From NCBI RefSeq assembly GCF_009914755.1, contig NC_060932.1: a stretch of 64,000 nucleotides of DNA; one strand, 5' to 3'. The number at the start of each line of letters is the position of its first letter. Position 1 is the first letter of the stretch. This DNA comes from the human T2T-CHM13v2.0 reference genome, Homo sapiens. Below, one piece after another: positions 12,204 to 26,260 of this stretch. The notes beneath the pieces were generated by a model. It searched no databases. It had not been told where the DNA came from and saw only the letters and a list, made by a program, of their open reading frames with translations. The translations under genes were made by a program, and so were the position numbers.

Positions 12204-15200
12204 CTACTAAAATGGAATTTGACAAGGAAGTTCACAGAAGGGCCTAGGAGAAGGTTCAGAATCTTGACTTAAGTTTAGCCAGCTAAAGAATTTTTCAGCC
12301 CCGCTTCGTGTTCAAAGAAAGAAAATACATTCTTTTTTCCTTTGAATAATATGCCAGTTTTCTTGTTTATTTGCCTTGTGTTCATTAAGGAGCAGCTGAA
12401 TCATCTGTTGGGACTTACTAGTGGAGGACTCCTGGATAATGTGAGCCATCAGGTCTTTAATGAGGGGAGTTTAATTTCTGTGAAAATAAAAGAATAAAAC
12501 AAAGATTAATTGTTGGAACAAATGATGAAGTCAGTTTCTGAGTCTGGGAGGCAGCCAGTCAAGATTTCTAGATGGTGAACTTGAAGCACCTTCAATTGGA
12601 GTGAGGATAGGCATTGACAATCTAACAGACTTTCTAGCAAACCATTCCAAATGGTTTGCAATTTGAATGTCACAAAAATTATTCATACATAAACTGTTGT
12701 GGTGATTTCTCTGAAGTTTATGTCAATTTGTCCAGCTTCAGCTTACAGGGCTTCAGGAAAAAAGCAGTTTTAATTTTAGTGATTACAAGTCATAAATATG
12801 GAAGAATATTGGAAATATTATTGTCAAGAGTCATAGTCAAATATTGGAGGAAATCGGAAGGATTCAGGATGAAGTCCAGATTGCAGAAAAATAATAAAAC
12901 CTCAAAGCAAACAAACAAGGCTAGAATCTAATATTGGGTTTACTATAGTTTTCCTCTGAAACATAGTTTTTCTCTATACTGTCACTTCAACTTCTACCAA
13001 AGATAATCAAAGTAAGACTGATGTGTTTGCAAAATGAGTTTAGTCTCATTAAATATGACTAGATTATTTACATAGTGCAACAAAAATAGTGATAGGCCAT
13101 ACAGGTTAAAGTTTGCTTTACTCAAACTTTTGGCAAGAAATGTCAGATTGGACTTGTAAAGGCCTCTCAAGCCTAGGAAGCCAAACCAAGGATGTACCAT
13201 CAGGCTGCATCTGTGACACCTATAGATGTAGATAAGATTCTCTCTTCTTGCAGTCTTTAAAATATCATGAGGTTCCTGGCCCTGCTAGAAAATGGCGTTA
13301 CTTACTCACCTATAAGGCTGGAAACCCTCAGGCCAGTTTTGTCAAAGTGTTGCTTTGTTGGCTTCATAAAGTCAAGCTTAGTTCCTTAAAGTTGTCTATC
13401 CTATCTGAAAATATGGTATTCCAGTCAAAGCCTTGATAATATAACCACTGTTTCCAATTGTGTATTGTTACAAGGAGAACAGATTCTTATTGCACTTATG
13501 CAAATAACTATATTGCCATAGAAGTAGTAATACTTATGAATAGTTTCTGAATTCTGGAGGGATCAGGTAGGGAAAAAAATTGTTTCAATTTTGGTTTACA
13601 AAGGCATACTTTACCAAATTGTAAGCTATAGATAGCTTTAAGGGAAAAGGCTTCTTAAATCTGCGCAACAAAACATTTGGAAAACCAGCAATGTTTCAAA
13701 CAAAATGTAATTAATATTCAACAGTCCATTTAGTTCCATATAATTCTTTTTATGCTTGATATTTAATTAGCAATTTCATGAAGCCATCAATTTCTTCATT
13801 AGAGTTCTGAAAATTCTTAGTTTAATGGTATGATCTTAGTGTTAGAAACCTGTGTTCAAAAGTATGTGTTACTTTTTTTTTTTACATGAATCTCCTTGAA
13901 GGAGAAGCAATTTTGGACTGTAGCTAATTTCAGATGTTTTTATAGAAAAATCAGAACAACATGACAAAGACTTAGAATGGCCATGGTTAAAAATATGAGT
14001 TCATTATAAATAGAAATTGACAAGAAAATTTGGCTATTTCTGTGGCATACAACATTTAAACATAATAACCAAAATAATGTATATATTCGATTTCTAGACA
14101 TCTCATACAATTTTTGGAAAACTCATATCAATAACATACCCATAAGTATAACTTAAAGAATGTTCAGCATCATTTATTTGACAATGCTTCTTATATTATT
14201 TAACATATAAAACAGGTGTAATTAGTTCAGTATATATCTTTTTAAAGGAGAAAGACAGGCTTTGTACTTTCCAGGGGCCCAACTGGAAAATCTCAAGGTT
14301 AATTCAAGGTCACAAAGAATTAATTCGAATTTAATTTTGAGAAGTTTGTCAAAAATGTCAACAGGTTTAACATAATTAAATATGGTCTTGGTTATTTATG
14401 TAGTGGAACTGACAATAAGATATTTTAAAGGGAAATACAGAAGATTACATACTTATGATAAAACACTTAGCTCTTTTAACATTGAGAAGACTTGGTTTTC
14501 TTAACTAATAAAAGACATGATAAAAGACAACATCAAGCATAAAAAATTATCTTGACAAAACATAGTATTTGTTTTCTAGGCCAATTACTAAAAAGAAACT
14601 TTCACATTCTCAGATCAGTACTCCAAGAAAACTTTGTAATTTTATTAGAGAAGACCAAATTCTAGTTTTGCATCAGTGTACTACTACAACTAATTTTTTA
14701 ATCGAACCTTATCAGTAAAATCTTCTAATCTTAGCCAATTTGACCACACAAAATAAGTTTCATTTTCCATTATTGGGTCTAGATTTTTAATGTGTATGTA
14801 CTATTCAATTTAATTTAGCAGAACTAAGGTTTCAAGTTACATTGAAAAAGTTTTTTAAACCATTTTTAAGTAGACATACTTTAAAGCATATTTTTGAAAA
14901 GTTTGCTTAAAAGCTTTTATTCCACTTAGTTACCTGATTCATTCTCAACAATTATGTTTGAATTACTCATGAAAAATTTGAGACACTAAACAAAGTTACC
15001 TCTATTTTTAAGTTTTTTTTTTTTTTATTGTTGACAAATCAGGCAAATATCAAAAACATCACAAAAGCAAATAAACTAAAAAGTTAAAAGTGGTTCTTCT
15101 CTCTTTTTCTGCCTCTTCCATGACTGACATGCATCAAACAATTAAGGAATTTACTTTCTCTGTGCACTTTTGTCCTTAGGTTGAATTTATAGTTTTATGT

Positions 15201-15418
15201 CCTTAAACATCTAGCAGAGACAACACAAACATATCTGGCCATAAAACCCAGGCAAAAATAAATGTCTGTATTGTATTTAATGCTGATAAGTTTGAAGACA
15301 TTCCTGTTTTTATTTTACCAACAATTTTACAACTAACTCATTTACCCATCATTTACCCAAGTTACATGAACTAGAAGACAATTGGGTTAGTTTCTGTTTC
15401 TCTGAGATAATACTTTAA

Positions 15419-15928
<510 letters not shown>

Positions 15929-17894
15929 TTAAATAAGCAGTTATTTTTTAAGCCAATTAAATGGAACTCTTCTGTATGTTTTGGCAACATTATCCAGAGG
16001 TAGAAAAACACATACACATAACATACATATGTACATAAATATACATACAGGTGCAACCAGATCTTCTGGCTTTTCATTTTTAAAATTTTAGTTCAGTCAG
16101 TAAAACAGAACAATACAAACCTGTAGGTGTATCTCTACTTCATATATTTATTCAAATTGTGTTTTCCATAAAAATGGGACAAGATGAGGTTACCTGTTCA
16201 ACAAGGGCTATAGCTTTTTACCAATATTTTTGAAGATGATCTTTTAGGGTTTTTAGTTGCCCAATTTCCAAATAGCTTATCTTTTTCCCTATTTTTAGTC
16301 TCAGGTGCTTGGTTTTGAGTGGCTGCTGAGTCCCTTGAAAACACCCCAGTAGAGAGTAGGGAGCCTAAATCTCAAGTGAGTGAGGGGCTGGAGTTGGAAG
16401 TGACAGGATCTGGCAGGGGTAGACAGAGTTGGCAGAGCATAGAGTCAGCGAATGCTTGAGAAAGAGGGGTTTCAGGTGACAGAGAAGTTCCTATGGGAGA
16501 AGCAGGATCCAATAGAGAAAACAGAGAAAATAGACCACACAGAGAGCCAGAAAGAAGGACTTCCTGCCAAGAAAGTCAGGGAAGAGTCCCCACTGAGAAC
16601 AAGGAGCCAGGGAGAAGACCTTCCAGCTGAGGAGGTGCCTTTGAAAAGAAGCCTGAGACTCTAACCCAGCTTCAGAGTCTACTCGTACATTCAGAATTGA
16701 AATCTGTCTTTCCCGGATTGAAAGATATTTGTCCAGAGCACGAGTTGAGGAATCTGACTCACCAGTGAATCCTGGATTGGTTAGAAGTGAAGACAAAAAC
16801 TTCAAAGGTACACACCTAGGATCCTAGGTGACAGGCCTAGGAGTCCAGTAATGAATCTGATCTTAGTCATGGCATCATAACGGTTAAAGAGAAAAATATT
16901 CAATGATGGTTGTTAAAGCCCGGCAAAAAAGGCTTTATTCAGGACCATCATGATAGATAAGGGACCACTGCAACAAAGTCTTGCAGTAGGGGAGAGGAAT
17001 TAGGCTCAACTTCAAACACAGCATATGCAATTGGGAGTTTATAGCCAAGGGCCAGTCTGGTGGCCAGGGGCTGGAAAATTACTAAGAGGAAACATCAGGG
17101 TAAGGGGGATTCTGACTAAACTTACGTAACAGGATTCTTGTTCAAGACAGGCCATGGTGATCAAAAGTCACCTGGGAGATGGTGGAGGATGAAGAACCTG
17201 AACATATTGAGGATATTCAGATACTGAGGGTGGAGGGTCCTTGCCAAAGTGACTTAGCAAGTTTCTTTGCTAAACTGGATCTTATAAGTAAGTGCACAGA
17301 AGGGCTTAGGAAATGGTTCAGAAGCCTGACTAAAGTTTACGTAAGTGAAGAACATTTGTGATTGGAAATAAGTTCTCTTTGAAAAAGTACCTAATGAAGG
17401 CATTTTAAAGGTCTAAAGTGGTTCTTCATTGTCCTCTAAAGCCATTCAAAGTACACAACAACCTACCACATCCAGGGATCAGGCTGGTTCTAATACCCTA
17501 ATATGGTGGATTCACGGTTGCTCTCCCAGAACGGATTGCACAAGGATGCAGGAGCAGCTGTTATTGCCCATGGGAGGTACCTGGTGGAGACAGAGATGCC
17601 ACCAGGGGTTGGGCCCCCAGGATTTACCTTCTCTCCATATAAGGAAGCACATTGATCTTAAGTTGCCAGAGAGCTTTTCAGTTGGCAAAACACTTACATA
17701 TTATTTTTCATTGATCCCCTACCAACTAGCAACCTTGAGACATCAGCAGAACTAGGAAAATAACTTCCATTAGGTGTATATATTAGTATTTATTATTATA
17801 AAATCTTTACCTTCCTATAGAAACAGGCTGATATAAATGTGGTAAGTAATAACGGTTGCCATGTGCCTGGCCCTGTTTGCATGCCATGTTTTTT

Positions 17895-18224
<330 letters not shown>

Positions 18225-19109
18225 TTGGATGCTGTGTTTTAGATGCTCTCATCAATTATCTGTTGTATTGCATAAGGAAATAGAGATTCAGAGGGATTAA
18301 ATAGCTTCCAATATCCCATGGTAAGAGGAGGTAGCAGAAAGGAGATTGGAATCTGCATCTAACTTACTCCTGAGTCAGAGGTGGTGAAGCAGAGCAGGTG
18401 ACACTCAGATTGTCCCCATTTGTCACACACAAAGACGGGGAATCATAGTGATCATTTAGGGCCGGTACTCACACTCCAATGGTAGAGAAGCTAGCTGTCC
18501 TGAACCACAGCTCAGAATTCTTCCTCTTGGGAAAAATTCTTGATAGAACTTGTAACTGGTTTCTCCAGGAAACCTAACATCACCAGGATTTTTGTATGGA
18601 CCCATGGCAGTGGCAGCCAAGAAAGAGCTATGTATTGATCTTGTCATTTGTAATTAATGACAACCACAAATTAATAACCACATGCATACAAATTGATTTT
18701 CAGAGGTGCAATAATTAGATTTAATGCCTGCCACAGCATATATTTATGTATTTAATTATCACCTTCATTATTAATGTTAATGAACTTTCAAGATATTCAC
18801 ATACCATTAGATATGTGACTTCTTTCTCATTTATAGATGGATTTTATTCACTCAGGTCATAGAATTGACTTTCCTTGGTAAAGAATACTAAATTTTCTAG
18901 TTTCTATTCCTATTTCTCCTCCTTATTCCCACATAGAGAAGTTGCTTTGGCAAAGAGATGAGTATCTTTCCTCAAGATCTTTTGTCAGAGAGAAGGAAGT
19001 AGAGGAGGAAGTGGTACCCAGCAGTCCCAAGTCTCAGCCTCATTGTGACAGTAACTCACTGTGTGACCTCAGGGAAGTCACTTCATCTCTCTGGGCCTAA
19101 GCTTTCTTT

Positions 19110-19409
19110 TTATTTTTTTGACACGGAGTCTCCATCTATTGCCCAGGCTGGAGTGCAATGGTGCAATCTCAGCTCATTGCAACACTGCAACCTCCACCTG
19201 CTGGGTTCAAGTGATTCTCCTGCCTCAGCCTCCTGAGTAGCTGGAATTACAGGGGTGTGCCACCACGCCCAGCTAATTTTTGTGGCTTTAGTAGAGACGG
19301 GGTTTCACCATGTTAGTAAGGCTGATCTGGAACTCATTGCCTCAAGTGATCCGCCAGCCTCAGCTTCCCAAAGTGCTGGGATTCCAGGCGTGAGCCACTG
19401 TGCCCAGCC
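19110..19409 (-). mobile_element. AluS inserted into a MIR (~19050-19430)
   Basis: TSD agctttctt; MIR core resumes as atctgtaaagtg. Confidence 0.92.
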
Positions 19410-20429
19410 AGCTTTCTTATCTGTAAAGTGACAAGAAGAGAGGGGATGGAGGTAGAGACTTTGTAATATCTGAAATGGGAATTAGAAGGTAGAGAGTTGG
19501 TAATATCTCCAGCTCAGATTACCGGAGACCTCAAATTACCAAGGACTGTTTCTGTAAGCAAGAGAGTGAGACTAGGGATGTAGGCATCATTTCTTTGGCC
19601 TTCCCCTGCCTGAAACATGGACTCTGTCTTGGCAGGGTGTGCGTCTGCATGTTCTGTTGTGGGTCTGGCTGTTATTACAGAGACAGCACTTGGGCTCCAG
19701 CCGGGATTACTACCACAGCATTCAGTCGCAATTTGGAGCCTGGGCCACTGGGAAATTGCAGACAATTTGGATGAAAATGGTTGGAAAATTGCAGTGTTTA
19801 GGCCTCTCCTACCAGCCCCTTCATTTTTTTTTTCTTACTTTCTTTTTTATTTCTTTCTTTCCCCTCTCTCCCGCTCCCTACCCCTGAAATTACTTTAAAA
19901 GCAGAGGAATGACAGGCTAGACTGGCTAGATTTTTTTCCCCAGTCTGCAATATATTGTGTAAACAAACATGTAAATTGATATAGAATTTAACCACCCTCA
20001 GGCAAAGTGGCTAAAAGATGTGGAGAGGGGAAAAATGCTCTATGTGAGATCCTGGATTGACTAGAATGCTGGGGTAATGTTGGTGTTGATTAATTGAATT
20101 TCTGATTAGCTATGTGTTAGCTAGGAAACCTTTATCTTGTTGCAAATTGCTCTAAAATGAGCCCACTTACCTCTCTTAGTATTTAATTAAATATTTAAAA
20201 ATGTTCATACCCTGTCTCATTTTAAGAGACTTTAAGGAACCTTCCTTATTAATAGTCAATTAATCTTTAATTGATAATTGGGATTCATGGTTATGGTGCT
20301 AAAGGCATTTATCATAGTCCAGCCCAATATATGGAAATGTATAAAGTATGGGAGATAAATTGTGCAGATTGTCAGGGATGCAACAGACATCAAAGGTTCT
20401 CATCAACTTGCCCACCTAGTATATGCTTC

Positions 20430-20680
20430 TCTTTTATAGTGTCCAGTTGATTTCTAACTTTTACTTAAGTACCACCTCCTGAGGCAGTGCATTCTATTTT
20501 CTGACAAATTTAGCTATCATAAGTTTTCCCCATTATGTTGACCTAAAATTTGTTTTCCTGCATTCAATCAGTCATTGGTTCGAATTCTAACCCCTGGGTC
20601 AAACACAGAGCAAACAGCTTTCTACATCCTCATGCCAGCACTTCATGTATTTGAAGAAAGTTTGTTTTTTCTCTTTCAGT
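20430..20680 (-). mobile_element. L3/CR1 fragment
   Basis: accacctcctgaggcagtgcattc...cttcatgtatttgaag typical of L3 3' region. Confidence 0.6.
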
Positions 20681-20772
20681 GGGATCTTCCTGAGTTCCTA
20701 CAGAGACAGGGTCGGGGGGGGGGGGATTGGTAGAATTCCAGCCCAGGAGACGGCCTGGTGTGCAGCTCTCTG

Positions 20773-20773
<1 letters not shown>

Positions 20774-20826
<53 letters not shown>

Positions 20827-20830
20827 CAGA
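20774..20830. repeat. (TG)n(GA)n microsatellite
   Basis: direct reading. Confidence 0.95.
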
Positions 20831-20922
20831 GACCGAGACCAACCAACCTTGGGGAAACTTCTCAGTCCCTTTGGCTCCATTCCCCAATCGAAGAGATGAG
20901 GATGATAACAGTAGAAACTCCT

Positions 20923-21222
20923 GACCGGGCGTGGTGGCTCAGGCCTGTAATCCCAGCACTTTGGGAGACCGAAGAGGGTGGATCATGAGGTCAGGAGATC
21001 CAGACTTTCCTGGCTAACACAGTGAAACCCGGTCTCTACTAAAAATACAAAAAGAAAAATTAGCTGGGCATGGTGGTGGGCACCTGTAGTCCCAGCTACT
21101 CAGGAGGCTGAGGCAGGAGAATGGCGTGAACCCAGGAGGTGGAGCTTGCAGTGAGCCGAGGTCACACTACTGCACTCCAGCCTGGGTGACAGAGCGAGAC
21201 TCTGTCTCAAACCAAACAAAAA
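20923..21222 (+). mobile_element. AluY-like
   Basis: gagaatggcgtgaacccaggaggtggagcttgcagtgagccgag; TSD aacagta(g/t)aaact. Confidence 0.92.
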
Positions 21223-21384
21223 AACAGTATAAACTGCTAATAGCATTGCTCTGAAGACTAATCAGGTAATATAAATAAAGTGCTTAGAACAGTACCTGGC
21301 ATATAAGTATGGTTGAAACATTTCCTATTATCATGGCGTTGTTCTGTTGTGTTTTTCCTTTTTAAAATATTTAATTGTTTTAAA

Positions 21385-21760
21385 AATATTTAATTGTGGT
21401 AGAAATACACATAAAATTGACCATTCTTAGCCATTTTTAAGTATGCATTTCAGTAGTGTTAATTACATTTACATTGTCTGCAACCAATCTCCAGAACACT
21501 TTTCATTTTACAAAACTGAGACTTTGTATCCATCTAACAAGAAGTCTTCATGTCTTCTCCCACCCTCCTGGCAACCATCTTTCTACCTTCTGTCTCTGTG
21601 GAGTTGTCTACTCTAAGTATCTCATTTACATAGAATCATATGTTTGTCTTTTTGATACTGCCCTGTTTGACTTGGCATAATGTCCTAAAGCTTCATCCAT
21701 GTCCTAGTATGTGTCAGAATTTGCTTCCTTTTTAAGGCTGAATAATATGCCATGTACGTA
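21385..21760 (-). mobile_element. L1MB 3' end
   Basis: ttgtggtagaaatacacataaaattgaccattcttagccatttttaagt...aatctccagaacacttttcat. Confidence 0.85.
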
Positions 21761-21909
21761 CCTGAGGAGATTTTTAAACCACCAATGAATGCTTAGGCCC
21801 AATCCAGGCTAATTAAGTCAGAATCTTGGGGAGGTGGGGACCCAGGTGTGAATGTGTTTAAAATGGTCCCTAGAGGATTCTGATCTGTAGCTAGGTTGAG
21901 AACCACTGA
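21760..21909. mobile_element. MER5B-like hAT MITE
   Basis: ends ggttgagaaccactg; agtcagaatcttgggg. Confidence 0.7.
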
Positions 21910-21997
21910 TGGCTCAAACACTTAGAGCCCATTAATACATTAATTTCCCCCACTCCTACATTGCTCCTGGATTCCCTTCTAAGAGAAGGGAATAACC

Positions 21998-22179
21998 CAG
22001 TGTCTTCCAAACTTTGCTGTGCATTCCAATCACCAGGGTTTTTTTTTATTTTTAAAATCTTGCATCCTGGGTCACATTCCATACGAATGAAGTCCCAATA
22101 TCTGGCGGTCGGATCCTGGCATCAGTATTTCTAAAGATTCTAGGTAATTCCAATGGACAGAAAAATTTGAGATCCACTG
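21998..22179. mobile_element. MER5A1-like hAT MITE
   Basis: cagtgtcttccaaactttgctgtgcatt...tttgagatccactg TIRs. Confidence 0.75.
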
Positions 22180-22293
22180 AATAACCATGGACCAATTCTC
22201 TCATGCTAGAAACTTGAGGGTTGCCTTTGATTCCTCCTTTTCTCACCCTTCACATCTAAATTCTCATCAAGCCCACTTGATCTTATCTCCTTA

Positions 22294-22610
22294 CACTGTG
22301 GTTCTCCAAGTGTGGTCTCGACCGCATGAAGTCACCAATGCATCCCGGTTTGCCCGGGACTTTTCTGGTTTTCACATTGCAAATCCCCAGGTCCTGGAAT
22401 CTCTCTCAGTCCCAGGCAAACCTATGTAGTTGGTCACCCTACCAGACCAGCAGCATCAGACCAGCAGCATCAAGATCACCTGGAAATGTAAATGATCAGG
22501 GACCAGCCAGGGACCTACTGATTGACAAACTCTGGGATGGGACTCAGCACACTGTGCTGTCACACGCTCTCTAGATGAGTCTGATGAACACTCAAATTTG
22601 AGAACCATTG
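22294..22610. mobile_element. MER5A containing a nested MER81-like (hAT-Blackjack) MITE at ~22327-22441
   Basis: gtggttctccaagtgtggtc...tttgagaaccattg; insert with tcccggtttgcccgggac...gttggtcacccta. Confidence 0.75.
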
Positions 22611-22740
22611 TCCTGAGTCACTCCCAAGTTTTGACACTGTAAAGATTGGAGTTGCTGCTGCTCCTGAAGATGAGAGCTAACACTTAAGGAGAACCTACTC
22701 TGCAGTGGGTGTGTTCTTGTCTGCATGGACATTGTGGCCT

Positions 22741-23692
22741 TGAGACAGCCAGGTGGGAAGGGGTCCCCAGAGAAACTGTCAGGTTCAAGGTCAGGTTCCA
22801 GCCCATGCTGAGGTCTGAAGGGAGTGGGTGGATGAGCAGATAGCTGAAAGAACACGTGGGGGGCCCTAGGCAGGTGAAATACAGCTTTATTCAGCAGCTC
22901 TCTGATGAGCAGCTTACTTACACTAGCTCTTTTACACTGTTCTCTAATCAGCGGCTTTCACACACTGTCAGCCCTGTCTGGGTTGCATGAGCCAGCCCTG
23001 TGGCTCCTCTCAGCAGCTAGCTCCCCCACACAGCTGCGCAGCTGGTTCTCCCTTGGCTTCAGGGTCAGTAGCTTAACTCTTTCTGCAGTGAGCCAAGCTG
23101 TGTCCTGCACCTACCCCTCCGACCCCAGTCCATCTGCAAAGAGAGAGAGCTCTGACTCTTTCTCTGGGTGCAAGCTCATGTACAGTGTCAGCAGGGCAAT
23201 TACAGCTTTTACAGACAATAGTGGTGTAGGGCCAAGAGATGGCCTTCCCATGTTATGGCTACATGGCTGTGATAACAAGTAGAGTTATGTGTCTGCGCTC
23301 TAAACTCACTGAGTCTTGCAGGATGTAAACATCCTAGCTCAGCCTATCCTTGACCAAAGCACAGTCATGCTCCTTACAAACTCCAACCAGCCTGCACACT
23401 GGGAGGAGCGCGTGCTGGGCTAGAGCCACAGAATTTTGTACCGTTTGCAGCAGGGAGGAGCCTGGCCCCTCCTTTCCTAGGTAGAATCTGGAATTCAATC
23501 TGTGAGGTGGGAAGCATATACTAGGAGGACTTTCACTCTGCTGAGTCCCTGTTCCCCCTCCCTTTTTTTTCCTTTTTGCCCAATAAACCCCTTTATTCTC
23601 ACACTTCAAATTGTCTGTGAGACTAATCTTTTGTGGCCATGTGACATGGACCCTGTCTGTAGCTGAAACTAAGAAAAAGCCCCTCCCGCACA
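22741..23692 (+). mobile_element. MER61 solo LTR (ERV1) split by LTR18B
   Basis: tgagacagccaggtgggaaggggtcccc...gaaac|insert|aactccaaccagcctgc...aataaa...agctgaaactaagaaaaag; TSD gcct/gtct. Confidence 0.85.
22777..23378 (-). mobile_element. LTR18B-like (HERV-L18) solo LTR
   Basis: minus strand starts tgtaaggagcatgactgtgctttggtcaaggataggc and ends cctgaca. Confidence 0.85.
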
Positions 23693-23799
23693 GTCTGATG
23701 TTTCCTCAGTCAGACACTGCAAGCTGTGATGTTGGGGTGAGTACAGGATATTTGGCAATATTTGCAGACAGTTTTGGCTGTCAGAGAGGAAGATGCTGT

Positions 23800-24250
23800 A
23801 TGCAGACACACTTGACAGCAATAACTTAAGCCCACCCTGAGACTGACTCTGCATGGTGATGCACCTGAAGGCAATAACTTAATCACACCATGAGAATCAC
23901 TTGGGGTCTAAAAAGAATGTGTGTTGGGAGTTCTAAGCTAAGGAATCCATGAGTAGCTAACCTGGAGATTCATTCTTCATCTCTGAGGACCATCCAAACC
24001 CCTGACTCATCTCATGGAACACAGGCCATACAGGGGATTGAGGCTCTTTGTTTTGCGTTAAATGAATGTTGCCAGGTGGAGGTTGCTGAGGGAGGGTGCT
24101 AAGTGAAAATGCTATATGAACTGCATGTTTTTTACAAGTGTTAGTGGTTTTCCTGTCTAGCCTAACATACGGCTGGCTGGTCTGCCCTGTATATCGGTAC
24201 TCTTGATAAATCCTAGTTCATGGCATTGTTTAAGGCCCCTGTGCCTTGTG
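23800..24250 (+). mobile_element. LTR47-like ERVL LTR
   Basis: gcaataacttaagcccaccctgag...gctaaggaatcc...gtgctaagtgaaaatgctata. Confidence 0.75.
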
Positions 24251-24559
24251 GGCTCTCTTTTCTGAAGACTCTAGTTTATTTCTGTTATTTTCAAAGTGTA
24301 GTATTCTTCAGCAACTTTTTATTGAGCATTTACTATGTAATAGATCCTGGGATATACATGTAAAGTAGATGCTGCCATCATGGAGTGATATATGTCTCCT
24401 AGGAGAGACATATATACAAAAATACTTTAATATAGCTATTATATGTGCTACAAAATGACATTAGGGGATACCATAAGAGTGAAATGCAAGGGCACTCAAT
24501 TGACAGTGGAAACGTGAGACATTTGACACTGGAAGAATAGGTAGAAATGAACCAGGCGG

Positions 24560-24860
24560 CCCAGGGACTGTCTTACTGTGCCTGTAATCCCAGAACTTTA
24601 GGAGGCCACGGTGGGTGGATCACTTGAGCCCAAGAGTTTGAGACCAGCGTGGGCAACATAGTGAGTCCCCATCTATACAAAAAATACACAAATTAGCCAG
24701 ACATAGTGATGCACACCTGTAGTCCCAGCTACTCGGGAGGTTGCAAAGATTGCTTGAGCTTGGGAGGCAGAGGTTGAAGTAAGCAGAGATGGTGGCATCA
24801 CACTCTAGCCTGGGCAACAGAGCCAGACTGTGTCTCAAAAAAAAAAAAAAAAGTGAAAAG
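24560..24860 (+). mobile_element. AluJ
   Basis: ggatcacttgagcccaagagtttgagaccagc; poly-A; TSD-like agaaatgaaccag. Confidence 0.9.
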
Positions 24861-25530
24861 AAAAGAAATGAACCAGTTTAAGCAAGAATAGAGAGGACTG
24901 AGGTGAAGAGAAGGCCCTGGGGTCAGAAGTTGAAATATGTTAGGAAATAAAGTGATGTTTCTGGAAAGAACGACTCGGGGCGAGAGTTGTGTGATGAGAT
25001 CGGAGCTGTAGACAAGAGGTCTCAGGTCATGTGGGACTTTATAGATCATAGTAACAATTTTGTTTTTGAAAAGTTGTAGGAAAATGAGAGCAATGATTAA
25101 ATTTATATTAGAAATATTTTAGTTGCCACGGGACAGTAGATACAGAAGACAAGTAGGGGGGCTATTAACTATTAAGGGAGTCCAGTTGGGAAATCATGGT
25201 GACATAGACCAGAAGGGTGGCAGTGAAGGTAGAGAAAAGACAGTTTTGAGAGAAGCCTAGCTAGAAGGAACAACTGGACTGTTCATGGATTGGATGTGAA
25301 GCAGTAAGGCTTATCTGCAAGATGTCTCCTGAGTTTCCATCATGATCAACTGGGAGGACGGGAAAGGGATGCTATTTTGAGATGGGCCCCACTGGAGCAG
25401 ATCTCAAGACTGAGGCTCCTGTGCTGTGCCGTGCTCTGGGGAGTTGCCGAGGCAGCCTTTGACAAATGGTTCTCAAGCCCTAGAGCCTGGAGATACAAGA
25501 TTGGCAGATAGATGGAAATTGTAGTCACAG

Positions 25531-26260
25531 TGAAACAGGAGAGTTCCCTGATCCCCCTTGCAGAATGTGTGACAGGGGTGTGGCTCACCTGTTTGGTCGT
25601 CATCGTTGCCCAAACCCCTGAGGGGAAGGAGAGCATGTAGATGGACAGGTGCAGGAGCCCAAGTGGGCATGTGTTACAGTGGGCTCCTTTAGCCCTGCTG
25701 TCCGTGGTTAGTGTTAACCAGCTCAGTGGGCCCTCTGCCTTTTCACAAGGGCAGAGGGCCAGTGTGACAGCTTTCTGTATCCCAAATTCTTGCCTAGCAT
25801 CCCCGGAAGAATTGGGTCACACATGAGATTGAAGGAGGAATTCGGGGTTTTATTGGGTGTTGGAGGTGGCTCTCAGCAGGATGGATGGGGAGCTGGAAGG
25901 GGAGATGGAGTGGGAAGATGATCTTCCTCTGGAGCCTGGCTGTCCAGCAGCTGAACCCCTCTCCAACTGCCCCCAGCCGAACTCCTCTTGGCATTCAGAT
26001 GTTCCTCCTTTTCTCTCTTTCTCTGCCATGTTCTTCCATCTGTCTGCTTGTCTCCTCATCTCGTCTGCCTCTGCACCCTGGGGTTCGGGGTTTATATTGG
26101 TACAGGATAGAAGGCACGGCTGGCCAAAAGGCAACTTTTTGGGTGTGAAAACAGGAATGCCTGTCCTCATGTAGGGCTGCAGGCCTCCAGGCTTGAGGGT
26201 GGGGCCTTTGCTGGGGAACCGCCCTTTTACCCAATGTTTCCCTGTTTCCTGTCTGTAACA
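25531..26260 (-). mobile_element. LTR1-family (HUERS-P2) solo LTR
   Basis: minus strand starts tgttacagacaggaaacagggaaacattgggtaaaagggcggttcccc, like LTR1. Confidence 0.85.

Noticed and set aside
16452-17361. Charged 70-aa and 60-aa ORFs in the provirus
   Set aside because: Antisense to the ERV, within leader/LTR sequence, no gag/pol/env similarity.
25208-25226. CTCF-like ccagaagggtggcagtg (and a similar site at ~56789)
   Set aside because: Core spacing is off by one base from CCASYAGRKGGC; the first lies in L2.
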